NCBI GenBank assembly: GCA_964291405.2
Contig: OZ219926.1
Span: forward strand, 4,384,001 to 4,448,000
Source of the DNA: Thermodesulfobacteriota bacterium
GTDB lineage: Bacteria; Desulfobacterota; Binatia; Bin18
Direction of reading: 5' to 3'
DNA: 64,000 nt
The first letter of the stretch is position 1. Every line of letters starts with the position of its first letter. Positions 40,901-50,619 of this stretch are shown one piece after another. The translations under genes were made by a program, and so were the position numbers. A model generated the notes under the pieces. It saw only the letters and a program-made list of their open reading frames with translations, did not search any database and was not told where the DNA came from.

Positions 40901-43900
40901 CGACTCGCTCACTCCGGGGTCCGGCACCCTCACCGTTGTCTGGAAGGTGCCGGACAACAGCGGTGCCTCCGACGTCACCGGCTATGATGTGCGCTACATC
41001 AAAACCACGGATGACGAGACCAATGACGACAACTGGACCGTGAGGGACACCGGCTGGACCTCCGGTGCGCTGCAATACACCATCAGCAGTCTGGACGATG
41101 ACGTTGAGTACGACGTGCAGGTGCGGGCGGTCAACGACCAGGGCGACGGCGCCTGGTCAGCCACGGTCTCCGAGACGCCCTCCAGCGATGCGCCCTACTT
41201 TGCGGACGGGGCCGCCACCACCCGTAGCGTCGCGGAGAATGCGATCGCCGGAACGAACGTCGGTGCCCCGGTCGTGGCCACTGATCCCACCAACGAGACG
41301 CTGACCTACACGCTGGGGGGGGCGGACGCCGGGTCGTTTGCCATTGACAGTAGCACCGGCCAACTGACGGTGGCCGCAGGCACAGCGTTGGACCACGAGA
41401 CCAAGGACCGCTACGCCGTCATCGTGACGGCCACCGACCCCGTCACGACCGACGATCCCACCGCCGACTCCGACTCCATCACCGTGACCATCATGGTCGA
41501 AGACGTGAATGAGTCGCCCGTGCTGACGGGCCAAGCCAGCGTCGAGTACGCCGAGAACGAGCTGCTCCCGGTCGCCACCTACACCGCCACCGACCCGGAA
41601 GACGACTCCCTCACTTGGTCGCTGAGTGGGACGGACAGCGGCGATTTCAACATCCGCAACGGCGTCCTGAGCTTCAGTACTGCTCCCGACTATGAGCAAC
41701 CCGCCGATACTGGTAGCAACAACGTCTATGAAGTGACCGTGCGCGCCTCTGATCGGACTTCCAGCCCCGCTACCCTGGACGTTACTGTCACCGTCACCAA
41801 TGTGGATGAGGTACACACGCTAATAGGGCCGGCCGGCGGTGCATATCAAGAGAACCACGTTCGTCCTCTTGCGACATACACCGCCACTGACCCGGAGGGT
41901 GTGTCACCTACTTGGTCACTGGCTGGAGTCGACCGTGGTGACTTCACCATTACCGGCGGCAGCCTGAGCTTCGCAAGCATCCCCGACTACGAGAGACCCG
42001 CCGATACGGGCAGCAACAACGTCTATACGGTGACTGTGCGCGCCACCGCCGGGATTCACACTGTAGAGCAGGACTTCACTGTCCATGTTGCTAACGTGGA
42101 TGAACCGCCCACGCTGACGGAGGTGCGCCGCGTCTCGTCGTATGACGAGAACAACGTGGAACCAGTCGCCCGCTACACCGCCATCGACCCGGAGGGGGTG
42201 ACCGTCATCTGGTCGCTGGAGGGAGCCGACGATGGTGCCTTCACCATCAGCAACGGCGTGCTGAACTTCGACCCCGCTCCCGACTACGAGGCGCGGGCCG
42301 ACGCCAACGGTGACAATGACTATGAAGTGACCGTGGTGGTCTCCGATGGCGACCTCACCACGCAGCAGGCCCTCACCGTGACCGTCAACAACCTGGACGA
42401 ATCGGGAAGTCTGACCCTGTCGTCGGAGTATCCGCAGATCGAGACCGCGTTGACCGCCACCCTGACCGAGCCCGACATCGTCTCTGATACCACCTGGGTC
42501 TGGGAGCGGTCTACGAACAGAAGCACGTGGACGGAGATTGATGGTGAAACCTCGGACAGCTACACGCCAATGGACGATGACGAGAATAATTACCTACGGG
42601 TCACGGTCACCTATACCGACGGGCATGGGGAGCCCGGCAGCAAAAACCTCCAGCGTACGTCCGCCAACCGGATCCGGGCGAAGCCAGGTGAAAATAACCG
42701 GCCGGGGTTCTCGGACGATACCACGACCCGCAGCGTCCAGGAGAACACGGCGGCCGGGAGGAACATCGGCGCCCCAATAGTGGCTACCGACGCGGACGAA
42801 GACCCATTGACCTATTCCTTGGACGCTACGGGCGAGAGCGTCTTCGCCATCGACAGCAGGTCCGGCCAGTTACGGACCAAAGCGGCGCTGGACCATGAGG
42901 CCACGTCCAGCTACTCCGTCACCGTGACGGCCACCGACCCCTCCGGAGACTCCGACTCCATTGACGTAACCGTCACCGTCGAAGATGAGGATGAGCGGCT
43001 CACATTAACGGGGCCGGGCAATGTCCCGTACGAGGAGAACGACACCGCGATAGTCGCCACCTTCAGCGCTACCGACCCGGAGCGCGACCCGATTCAGTGG
43101 ACGCTGGAAGGATCCGACCGAAACTCTCTCACCCTCACCGCCAATACCACCAACGCTACCCTCACCTTCAACGACCCGCCGGACTACGAGGCAGACAATC
43201 GCTACACTGTGACCGTGAAAGCTTCCGCCGGAAACCATACCGCGCGACAGTCCGTCACCATCAGCATCACCAACGTGAACGAGCCGCCGGAAATTACCAG
43301 GCCGGCCGATACCGATATCACGTACAAGGAGAACGGCACGGGGCCAGTTGCCACCTACCGCGCCACCGACCCGGAGCGCGACCCGATTCAGTGGGTGTTG
43401 ACGGGAACCGACGATGACGCCTTCACTATCAGCAACGGTGTCCTGCGTTTCCTTGTCCCGCCGGACTACGAGGCGATCAACAGCTACGCAGTGACCGTGA
43501 CAGCCTCCGATGGGGAGTTTACTGATGAGCTGAACGTGCGGGTCACCGTGACCAACGAGGACGAAGAGGGCAACCTGACCCTGTCATCGGTGCAGCCGCA
43601 GGTCGATACTGAGCTGACTGCCATCCTGAGCGACCCCGACTGTAACCCTAACTGTACTTCCGGTTCTACCTGGGTCTGGGAGCGGTCGCTGGACAACAGG
43701 CGGACTTGGGAGCCCGTCAAGGGGACGCCCGCTGACAGTTATAAGCCGGAGACTGACGATGAGGGTGCGTACCTGCGGATCACGGCGACGTACACCGACG
43801 GGACCGGGTCCGACAAGAGCGCGCAGGTCGTCTCGCCCCATGCGGTGCGGACAGCGCCGGTCAACAACGATCCCCCGGAATTTCTCCAGTCCCCGCCCAC

Positions 43901-45500
43901 GCTCACCGTTGGAGCCAACGCGAGAGCGGGGAGTCGCGTCGGGGCCCCGGTGACGGCCAATGACCCTGGGGACCCGCTCACCTACACGCTGAAGGATGAA
44001 CCGGCGGCGGCCTGTTTCGCGATCGACTGGATCAGCGGACAGATCGAGGTGGGCCCACAGGGACTCTCGCCCTGTGCCAACGCGGCAACGCGGTCACCCG
44101 GACAGCGTACGATCAGCGCCAAGGCCGATGACCCTAAGACCTACGCGCTCACCGTGACGGCCACTGACCCGTTTGGAGAATTCGTCGAATTCCCCGTCTT
44201 TATCACCGCCACCTCTTCTCCACCCCGCCCACCCGGTCCTGGTCCTGGAGGCGGCGGCGGTGGTGGTGGTGGTGGTGGCGGTGGTGGTGGTGGCGGTGGT
44301 GGTCCTGCCTGCACAGAGGACCTGCACGGGAACAGCGCTACGCAGGCCACGGCCATTGCATTGTCTACGCCGACCGCCGGGGCGCTCTGTCCGGCCACCG
44401 ACGTGGATTACTTTACCGTCACCGCCCCCGGCCGAGGCCTCCTCTTTGTGGATACCTTCGGTGACGTGCAAACCCGCGCCACGCTGTGGCAAGACGGGGT
44501 GGTCGTGGCGAGCGGTCCCACGGGTAGCAGGGGACCGGACCGCCTCGGGGCACTCGTGCAGACGGGCCCCGTCGTGGTGGCCATCTACGGGCAGGGGGGC
44601 ACGACCGGGTCGTATGCCGTCGTGATGACCTTGACCCCTGGCGCCCTGGAGAATCCGGGGCCACACTCCTTCCAGAGTGGCGTAGGAGTGTTGTCCGGCT
44701 GGGTGTGTACGGCCGACGTGGTCGAGATCGAGATTGCCGATCTGCCCGTGCAGGTGGCGGGGTATGGCACGGAGCGCTTGGACACGGCCGGGGTGTGCGG
44801 AGATACGGACAACGGGTTTGGCTTGTTGTTCAACTGGAATCGGCTGGACGACGGCGAACATACGGTCGTCGCCTTGGTCGATGGGGTGGAACTGGCCCAG
44901 GCGACGGTGACGGTCACTACGCTGGGACGGGAGTTTGTGCGGGGGGTCGAGGGAGAATGTGTCGTGGAAGACTTCCCGCGCATGGGCGAGAGCGTGCTGC
45001 TGGAGTGGCAGCAAAATAGTCAGAACTTTGTGATCACGGGCGGGCGGGCACCGGGCGGAGGGCCTACGGGCCGCCCCCCCTCGGTGGTGGGGGCGCTGGA
45101 GAACCCGGGGTCCAATTCCTTTCAGAGTGGGATTGGGGTGCTGTCGGGCTGGGTGTGTGCGGCGGACCGGGTGGAGATCGCGATCGGAGCTTTTGCCCCA
45201 CAGGTGGCGGCGTATGGGACGGAGCGCTTGGACACGGCCGGGGTGTGTGGGGATACGGACAACGGCTTTGGGTTGTTGTTCAACTGGAACCGCTTGGGCA
45301 ATGGGGAGCATGAGGTTGTAGCGTTCGTGGATGGAGTGGAGTTGGGCCGGGCCACGGTGCGGGTGACGATGCTGGGGGTGGAGTTTCTGACGGGGGTGAG
45401 CGGGGAGTGTACGGTCGAGGACTTTCCGACGACGGGCGAGACGGTGACGTTGGAATGGCAACAGAACAGTCAGAACTTTGTTGTGACGGATGTGGAATAA
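37941..45500 (+). CDS. giant secreted kexin-like S8 serine protease: SP, FN3, 3x PPC, S8, P-domain, FN3, cadherin-like repeats, poly-Gly, PPC, 2x C-terminal repeat
   Basis: Catalytic motifs VAVVDDG, DHGTAVAG, WAAGNG and GGTSAATP; LTWRDV; YGFGVVDA; P-domain (DLQVELVSPSG, GENPAGKWTL); cadherin motifs ATDP, PDYE and DVNE. Confidence 0.93.
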   Translation: MRSDVVKILLRTAVWGLCLLLVSGEVWAQSVPGAPIISTVTAGRSNSLGFTLAVTWTAPSDPGGSAIEAYDVRYIETADDETDDANWTVEDNAWTSGSLTYTISGLTDSTEYDVQVRAVNTTGDGAWSATETGTPDHGDSASEATSLTLGTDMEGVINPGTDVDYFTFRLTRETGLLIWTTGDLDTVGELQNIGGTVIASDDDGPLSSAPLNFFMWQTLAAGTYRLKVSSYGDATGSYVLRTRTMVDSSSISNAQEITFDSDGNGFTNGLIDPGGDTDYFTFTISEATDIVIRTTGLVGDTVGTLLNSDGTKILASNDDGYLQPSSLQFLIRTRLDAGTYYIGVKGFDEADTGFYNLHVNKGNEPGNTRADAVSLDLGIAEGSRIDPSTDEDYFSFDITETTNIFVGAVSETVNIDGELLDENGNSVSTFPHDISFGSGRDIFFLHDRFDAGTYYIKVTPSADDDTDDDTGAYTIRAFEVASYNNFLARCDDLDDTLSDPLYGCQWHLNNEGQLKGGTSDEDINVKEVWDGNNLGAGVNVAVVDDGMDSDHEDLSANVNTARNHDYTAGEGEDTTNIFHPLEDHGTAVAGIIAARDNSLGVRGVAPRATIYGYNLLLDITDANRADAMKRNLATTGVSNNSWGFYDGPGLDPAPPLWREAVNTGISEGFGGKGIFYAWAAGNGALRGDYSTLEEYVTHHGVTAVCAVNDQGQRSAYSEEGANLWVCAPSDDFIHPRQGITTTDNDDFYRNNFGGTSAATPIVSGVAALVRSANADLTWRDVKLILAASARQNDPDNTGWEDGALKYGSDTERYHFNHEYGFGVVDAKAAVDLADAWITLPTLVEQEESSENRNWRIPNHGTVTSNITMGSAVEFVEFVEINAYFNHTSFRDLQVELVSPSGKVSVLSVPYEEYGEEYELIGGRLQLPFHGSFRFGSAKHLGENPAGKWTLRISDHLPGSPGIHTTGSLSLWSLTVYGHRSTPGAPVLDSLTPGSGTLTVVWKVPDNSGASDVTGYDVRYIKTTDDETNDDNWTVRDTGWTSGALQYTISSLDDDVEYDVQVRAVNDQGDGAWSATVSETPSSDAPYFADGAATTRSVAENAIAGTNVGAPVVATDPTNETLTYTLGGADAGSFAIDSSTGQLTVAAGTALDHETKDRYAVIVTATDPVTTDDPTADSDSITVTIMVEDVNESPVLTGQASVEYAENELLPVATYTATDPEDDSLTWSLSGTDSGDFNIRNGVLSFSTAPDYEQPADTGSNNVYEVTVRASDRTSSPATLDVTVTVTNVDEVHTLIGPAGGAYQENHVRPLATYTATDPEGVSPTWSLAGVDRGDFTITGGSLSFASIPDYERPADTGSNNVYTVTVRATAGIHTVEQDFTVHVANVDEPPTLTEVRRVSSYDENNVEPVARYTAIDPEGVTVIWSLEGADDGAFTISNGVLNFDPAPDYEARADANGDNDYEVTVVVSDGDLTTQQALTVTVNNLDESGSLTLSSEYPQIETALTATLTEPDIVSDTTWVWERSTNRSTWTEIDGETSDSYTPMDDDENNYLRVTVTYTDGHGEPGSKNLQRTSANRIRAKPGENNRPGFSDDTTTRSVQENTAAGRNIGAPIVATDADEDPLTYSLDATGESVFAIDSRSGQLRTKAALDHEATSSYSVTVTATDPSGDSDSIDVTVTVEDEDERLTLTGPGNVPYEENDTAIVATFSATDPERDPIQWTLEGSDRNSLTLTANTTNATLTFNDPPDYEADNRYTVTVKASAGNHTARQSVTISITNVNEPPEITRPADTDITYKENGTGPVATYRATDPERDPIQWVLTGTDDDAFTISNGVLRFLVPPDYEAINSYAVTVTASDGEFTDELNVRVTVTNEDEEGNLTLSSVQPQVDTELTAILSDPDCNPNCTSGSTWVWERSLDNRRTWEPVKGTPADSYKPETDDEGAYLRITATYTDGTGSDKSAQVVSPHAVRTAPVNNDPPEFLQSPPTLTVGANARAGSRVGAPVTANDPGDPLTYTLKDEPAAACFAIDWISGQIEVGPQGLSPCANAATRSPGQRTISAKADDPKTYALTVTATDPFGEFVEFPVFITATSSPPRPPGPGPGGGGGGGGGGGGGGGGGGGPACTEDLHGNSATQATAIALSTPTAGALCPATDVDYFTVTAPGRGLLFVDTFGDVQTRATLWQDGVVVASGPTGSRGPDRLGALVQTGPVVVAIYGQGGTTGSYAVVMTLTPGALENPGPHSFQSGVGVLSGWVCTADVVEIEIADLPVQVAGYGTERLDTAGVCGDTDNGFGLLFNWNRLDDGEHTVVALVDGVELAQATVTVTTLGREFVRGVEGECVVEDFPRMGESVLLEWQQNSQNFVITGGRAPGGGPTGRPPSVVGALENPGSNSFQSGIGVLSGWVCAADRVEIAIGAFAPQVAAYGTERLDTAGVCGDTDNGFGLLFNWNRLGNGEHEVVAFVDGVELGRATVRVTMLGVEFLTGVSGECTVEDFPTTGETVTLEWQQNSQNFVVTDVE
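44247..44303 (+). repeat. (GGN)19 poly-glycine linker
   Basis: Run of 19 glycine codons, mostly GGT/GGC, inside the protease ORF. Confidence 0.95.
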
Positions 45501-45520
45501 GTGGGGCGTTTCCTTCTATC

Positions 45521-45595
45521 CGTCATTCCGGCGAAAGCCGGAATCCAGGCGTCCAGGCCCTTGTCTCTGGATGCCGGATCAAGTCCGGCATGACG
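45521..45595. repeat. palindromic intergenic repeat (CGTCATTCCGGCGAAAGCCGGAATCC..ATGACG type)
   Basis: Terminal CGTCAT/ATGACG and two internal hairpins. A degenerate copy lies at 56671-56746. Confidence 0.75.
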
Positions 45596-45633
45596 AACGC
45601 GTAAGGCACGACTACAGCTTAGCGTGAAATGCT

Positions 45634-46068
45634 CTAGGAGGCGGAGACCTCGTTATTCCGAAACAGCGGCCTCGCCCGCCACAGCAGGACGACAATAATC
45701 GAAATCCCCGCGGTTTGCAGCAGCCCGATAGGCCAGCCCCGGCCGTGTGGGCTGAGCTCACTCCAGACCAGATGGCCCAGGGCGACCTGGGCGACGTAGA
45801 GCGCGGCCCAGGGCCACATCCAGGGCCGCATTTTCCAGAATCCCCAGGTCCCCACGGCAAAAATAATCGCGTGCAGCAGGCCGCCGGCCTTTGCCGCCCA
45901 GCCCATGAACTCAATGCCGAACCAGACCTCAACGTCTTCCGCCACCGGCCTGGTAATCAGCTCAATGGGAACGCCCAGGGCCAGGAGGGTGCACCAGGCA
46001 AAGAGGATGTTCATCCACCAGGGCCGCGCCTTGAGTTGCTCTTGGAGAAAAGACGTTTCGGTCTGCAT
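45634..46068 (-). CDS. hypothetical membrane protein, about 4 TM helices
   Basis: Four hydrophobic segments and a DVEVWFG motif. Co-oriented with the upstream genes. Confidence 0.75.
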   Translation of the reverse strand: MQTETSFLQEQLKARPWWMNILFAWCTLLALGVPIELITRPVAEDVEVWFGIEFMGWAAKAGGLLHAIIFAVGTWGFWKMRPWMWPWAALYVAQVALGHLVWSELSPHGRGWPIGLLQTAGISIIVVLLWRARPLFRNNEVSAS

Positions 46069-46080
46069 TGCTCAGCGCCG

Positions 46081-46545
46081 CTAATCTTGCCGAACTTTGA
46101 CAGCGAGCTTTTGCCGCCCCCATTTGAGCGCTTTCTTCCGGGTGGAAAAATATACGTCCAAGCGATTGGGCCCCTTGATGGCGCTGCCGATATCTTCGAC
46201 CACACCCTTGCCATAACCGGGGATTTTCATGACCGTGCCATACGGATAATAGCGGGTGTCCGCAGCAATGGTGCCGTGCTTGGCTTTGGTGCCGCTGGCG
46301 GTCAACCCGACTATTTTTCGCTTGCCCTTATTCGGCCCACTGGCGACATAGGCTCGCCAGAAAAGGATCCAGCCTCGCCGCCAGTTAGTACTGATTTTGT
46401 CGGACGAGTAGGCGGTCACAATCATGGTCCGCTTTTCATACGACGCACAGCCGGTCAGGCCGGTCAGTCCGAGCGCCAGGCTGACCATGATGCACAGTCC
46501 GTACCTGCGCGCGTTTGTCCTCCACCTCATACTCCACCTCCACAT
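46081..46545 (-). CDS. 3D-domain lipoprotein (lytic transglycosylase-like)
   Basis: Lipobox LTGC, VTAY, TASG, IAAD, VEDIGSAIKG and RLDVYF. Start may be 46530. Confidence 0.9.
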   Translation of the reverse strand: MWRWSMRWRTNARRYGLCIMVSLALGLTGLTGCASYEKRTMIVTAYSSDKISTNWRRGWILFWRAYVASGPNKGKRKIVGLTASGTKAKHGTIAADTRYYPYGTVMKIPGYGKGVVEDIGSAIKGPNRLDVYFSTRKKALKWGRQKLAVKVRQD

Positions 46546-46586
46546 TCCTTGAACCCGGTCAGCCCGAGTTCATCCGACGAGCCGGG

Positions 46587-47462
46587 CTAATCCAGCGGTT
46601 TGACCGGTCTCGCCGTCATAGCCTCGCCGGTGCTGCCACGGTTGATGTGGCTCTTCCGAGCCTGCGCTTCTTGTTTCATGCCAAAGCGTCGCCACATATC
46701 CGGGCCAATAGCGGTCAGGCCTCCGTCAACGACGAGCGCCTCGCCGGTGACGAAGGTTGAATCATCACTCGCCAGGAAGAGCGCGGCACCGGCAATGTCT
46801 TCGCCCCTGCCGTGTTCCGGCCAGGGCTGAAACGTCGCCAGGGCCTTGGCGCTTGCCGCAGGATCGCCCCGATTCGTCAGACCGGTCAAAATCCCACCAG
46901 GACAAATCGCGTTAACGCGAATCCGGTCGGGTGCGAGCTGTACGGCTGCGGCCTTTGTCAGATTGATCACCGCGGCTTTGGCGGCTGAGTAGACGAGCGG
47001 CCCGCTGCCGCCACTTAAGCCTGCGGTTGAGGCGGTGTTAATGATCGCCCCGCCGTGGCCCTGTTGCTTCATGGCGCGTGCGGCGTGTTTGATGCCAAGA
47101 AACACCCCCTTGGTGAGGACGTCGAACGTATAGTCCCACTCCTCAACCTCAATATCCCAGACCGGACCCACCGCTCCGCCTACGCCGGCATTGTTGAATA
47201 TAATATCGACCTGACCAAATGCAGAGGTTGCCAGACCGATCATGGCTTCAACGTCGGCTTCTTTGGCCACGTCCGTTTGAATAAAACGAACCGCGTCGCC
47301 ATGACCGGCCTTTTCGGCTTCAGCCGCAACGGCAGTGCCGTTTGTTTCGTTGAAATCCGCAATCACCACCCGCGCGCCTTCATCCAGAAAACGCAGGACG
47401 GTCGAGCGCCCCATACCACTGGCCCCACCGGTGATCACTGCGACCTTACCTTCAAGTCTCAT
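46587..47462 (-). CDS. short-chain dehydrogenase/reductase
   Basis: Motifs TGGASGMG, NNAG and YSAAK. Confidence 0.95.
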   Translation of the reverse strand: MRLEGKVAVITGGASGMGRSTVLRFLDEGARVVIADFNETNGTAVAAEAEKAGHGDAVRFIQTDVAKEADVEAMIGLATSAFGQVDIIFNNAGVGGAVGPVWDIEVEEWDYTFDVLTKGVFLGIKHAARAMKQQGHGGAIINTASTAGLSGGSGPLVYSAAKAAVINLTKAAAVQLAPDRIRVNAICPGGILTGLTNRGDPAASAKALATFQPWPEHGRGEDIAGAALFLASDDSTFVTGEALVVDGGLTAIGPDMWRRFGMKQEAQARKSHINRGSTGEAMTARPVKPLD

Positions 47463-47506
47463 GCTGTATCCTCAGTTTCCGCGCATCACTGTCTGGAGGA
47501 GGTTGC

Positions 47507-48382
47507 CTACATCCTGACCGTATTCTCCGGCTCGGCGACGACCGGGTTTTCCAACTCACCCAGCTTGTCGATAGCGATTTTGACTGTATCGCCCGGCTTG
47601 AGATAATTGGGCGGCTTCATGGCAAAACCCACACCGCTCGGAGTGCCTGTGGAGATGACATCCCCCGGCTCCAGGGTGAAACTCGTTGACAGGTGCTCAA
47701 TCAGCTCAAAGCAGTCGAACAGCAACTGACAGGTGTTCGAGCTTTGCCGCAGCTCGCCGTTCACCCAGGTTTTGAGGTTCAGGGTGTGCGGGTCGCCAAC
47801 TTCATCCGGCGTCACCAGGTAGGGACCCAGCGGACAGTGGGTGTCGAACGATTTGCCCATGGTGAAGGTGGGAACGCGAATCTGCCAATCCCGCACGCTG
47901 ACATCGTGGGCGATAGTATAGCCGGCAACTACTTCGGCGGCGCGGTTTTTTGGTACGTGGCGGCAATAGCGGCCAATGACCACCCCCAGCTCGCCTTCGT
48001 AGTCCACCTGGTCCGAGGCGCGTGGGACGTGGATGCCTTTGCCCGGCCCGGTCACGGAGGTGGATTGCTTATTAAAGATCATGGGAATTTCCGGCGTCTT
48101 CATACCGGTTTCTTCAATATGATCTCGGTAGTTGAGGCCGACCGCCAGGATTTTCGGCGGTCGGAGAATGGGCGCTTCCAGGGTCACGTCGGCCAGTGCA
48201 ATCCGGGCGGTGCTCTTTTCAGCAGCCTGCCGTGCGCTTGCCAGGGCATCCGCGCCCGCGGCCAGGAAGGCGCACATCTCGATGGGCAGGTCCGGGGCGG
48301 CGGCGGACAGATCAACAACGCCCTCTCCATCCATAACGCCGATGCGGGTCGCTCCGGACTGGGTAAAGGTCACTAATTTCAT
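47507..48382 (-). CDS. fumarylacetoacetate hydrolase family protein
   Basis: Motifs GLNYRDH, DYEGEL, DVSVRD, GKSFD and TGTPSGVG. Confidence 0.95.
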   Translation of the reverse strand: MKLVTFTQSGATRIGVMDGEGVVDLSAAAPDLPIEMCAFLAAGADALASARQAAEKSTARIALADVTLEAPILRPPKILAVGLNYRDHIEETGMKTPEIPMIFNKQSTSVTGPGKGIHVPRASDQVDYEGELGVVIGRYCRHVPKNRAAEVVAGYTIAHDVSVRDWQIRVPTFTMGKSFDTHCPLGPYLVTPDEVGDPHTLNLKTWVNGELRQSSNTCQLLFDCFELIEHLSTSFTLEPGDVISTGTPSGVGFAMKPPNYLKPGDTVKIAIDKLGELENPVVAEPENTVRM

Positions 48383-48430
48383 ACGCTTCTCCTTGCAGGC
48401 TCTTGTTTCGAGTTAATGGAAAAATGCGGG

Positions 48431-49441
48431 TTAATGGGCAAAGCGCTCCCAGGCTTTGGCCGGTTCCGGTACTGGCGGTATGTCCGGCTGCGGTTCCGGC
48501 GGCGTGCCGGTGACGGCAAAGGGGACATGGTTGCCAAAATACATCACATGTTGATTGTACGGCTTTACTTTCTCGGGCGTGAGAACGAGCGTATGGCCGT
48601 CGAGCATGGTGTGTTCGTGCGTCTTGGTCCACTCCAAGGCGGGTTCCAGACCGCCGGCGTGCGGCACCCCGATCCCGTGGATGTAGTAATGAGACGGGAT
48701 AACGATTTTGGCTCCGAGCTTTTTCATGACCACGTTGGCCCACTTGGGCGTCAGGATATGTCCGTCGTCGCTGACCGACAGAAACGCCACGTCGATGTCG
48801 CCTATCATCTCCCAGATATGTTCGGGCGGGTTCTGTCTGTTATCGCCCCAGTGCAAAAACCGCAGCCCGCCGGTTTCGACCACGTACATATTATTGTTCC
48901 ACTGGGTGCTTTCGTCAGGCGGGCAGGGGTCCTTGCCAGTGGCGGCAATGACCGCGCTCCGAAAGGGATATTTCCCCTGGGCCTCGCACATATGTTTTTC
49001 GGCAATGCCGAGAATCTTGACATCGCCCAACTCGAACGTCCCGGCCATGCGGTCCAGAATCATGGCCGCGTCAACCCGTTCGGTTGCGTCATGGTCGAAG
49101 TGGGCGTGAGTGACGAGGGCGATATCGGTCTGCTGCTTGGGCAGATGCATCTGATACCACATTCCGTACATATGCGTCGGATCGTTGCGCCATGGATCAA
49201 TGAGCAGCTCGATACCGCGTGGTGAGGTGATCTTGAACGCCATGTGACCGTAATAGGTGACGGTCACCTCTCCGGTACTCTTGCGCACCCCGTCGTACTT
49301 TTGCGCAGCCATGACCCTGTCGTTGTTCGAGTCTTGCTCGTGGGCGACGCTGTGAGCGCTGGCAGCGTGTGGGGCAACCAAGACTGTCAGCAGCAGCATG
49401 AGGGACCGGATAGAAAAGGATGTCAGACTCCTTGTTCTCAT
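48431..49441 (-). CDS. secreted metallo-beta-lactamase-fold hydrolase
   Basis: Signal peptide, then YYGH, IDPW, THAHFDH, HWGD and IPSHY. Confidence 0.88.
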   Translation of the reverse strand: MRTRSLTSFSIRSLMLLLTVLVAPHAASAHSVAHEQDSNNDRVMAAQKYDGVRKSTGEVTVTYYGHMAFKITSPRGIELLIDPWRNDPTHMYGMWYQMHLPKQQTDIALVTHAHFDHDATERVDAAMILDRMAGTFELGDVKILGIAEKHMCEAQGKYPFRSAVIAATGKDPCPPDESTQWNNNMYVVETGGLRFLHWGDNRQNPPEHIWEMIGDIDVAFLSVSDDGHILTPKWANVVMKKLGAKIVIPSHYYIHGIGVPHAGGLEPALEWTKTHEHTMLDGHTLVLTPEKVKPYNQHVMYFGNHVPFAVTGTPPEPQPDIPPVPEPAKAWERFAH

Positions 49442-49546
49442 ACGCTCGTGCTCCTTTTTCTTCTGTATTCAGCCTATGGTTCTTTGCCCCCGCGTTCAAG
49501 GACTAAGGGAGATGCAAGGCCGGTCAACGGCAGGAATGCGGACGTC

Positions 49547-50194
49547 CTAGCCCTTTCGATAGTCCGGATCTTCTAATCCCGGCATAGTGAGATAGCCGGG
49601 CAATTGTTTGAACCGGGCAATCCAGGCCTGGACCGCAGGGTAGGGCTCCAAAGAAACATCGCCCATAGGCGCAAGCGCGATATACGGAAAGCAGGCCACA
49701 TCGGCAATTGTCGGCTTGTCTCCACATAGCCACTCTTGCCCGGACAATTGCTTCTCCATAATTGTCAGCGACATTGTGCCGCGTATGCGGGCTTCCTCAA
49801 TGTCGCTTTTGAACGTATGCGGCAGGCCGTTGCCGCTAATCCCGAACGACACTATGGCGCGGGCCGTAAACACGCCAAATTGAATCCAACTGGCCGCAAA
49901 GGCCAGCCATTCCATGACGGAGGCTGTATCGGCGTTATCGGTGGGGAGCCATTGCCGGCGTGCATCGTATTGGGTTGCCAGATAGACCAGGATGGCCATG
50001 GAGTCGCGCAAGACCAGGTCGTTGTCAACCAGAACCGGCACTTCACCGCGCGGATTGACGGCCAGAAACGGCGCTTGGTGCTGCTCATCGGTCATGAGAT
50101 CGACGATAACGGACTCATATTCAAGCCCGAGGAAAGACAACAGGAGTCGAACCTTGTGGCTATTACCGGATTCCGGGTGTTCGTACAGTTTCAT
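49547..50194 (-). CDS. glutathione S-transferase
   Basis: Motifs SGNSHKVRL, NPRGEVPVL, RDSMAILVYL and TIADVAC. Confidence 0.95.
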   Translation of the reverse strand: MKLYEHPESGNSHKVRLLLSFLGLEYESVIVDLMTDEQHQAPFLAVNPRGEVPVLVDNDLVLRDSMAILVYLATQYDARRQWLPTDNADTASVMEWLAFAASWIQFGVFTARAIVSFGISGNGLPHTFKSDIEEARIRGTMSLTIMEKQLSGQEWLCGDKPTIADVACFPYIALAPMGDVSLEPYPAVQAWIARFKQLPGYLTMPGLEDPDYRKG

Positions 50195-50271
50195 CAGTTG
50201 CTCCTTCGGCTTGTCTTAGACGACAAGGCCATGTGGTCACCAGAGGGTCGGGGGGAAGTTGTTTTGCGGTG

Positions 50272-50445
50272 TTAATACCCTTCCAGAAGCCCTTCAGAAA
50301 AGCGTTGCCCACAGTTCTCCGATAACGCCTCGGTGGTTCCGTCTATCGCACCGATATGTGCAGAGAGGAAGTCAAACAGGCTAGGCTCCTTGTCTTCAGA
50401 CGTTTGCTTTCCTTCTACTTTAAGAGGTACGGTAATTGTCATCAT
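50272..50445 (-). pseudogene. 57-aa antitoxin-like remnant, apparently internally deleted (not in the ORF track)
   Basis: MMTITVPLKVEG..SLFDFLSAHIGAIDGTTEALSENCGQRFSEGL resembles the two ends of PIN-associated antitoxins, recognised from memory. Confidence 0.45.
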
Positions 50446-50619
50446 AAGCCCAGCCCCATCATCGTTCTAGCAATCTTCCAAAGGAATATCGAAAATACTC
50501 GACTGCTACCAGCCTCGCCTCCTGGTAGAGTCGGATTAGAGTGTATGGAATTGGGACGCTGGAGCAAACGGAATTACGGATTGTGATAATAGTGTATTGG
50601 CTGAAGGAGGACGACGAAC

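Noticed and set aside
41190-44210. Recurring DNA repeats such as GCCACCGACCCGGAG
   Set aside because: They encode cadherin-like ATDP motifs inside the protease.
44094-45461. 455-aa His/Pro-rich minus-strand ORF
   Set aside because: By-product of the G/T-rich duplicated C-terminal module on the plus strand.
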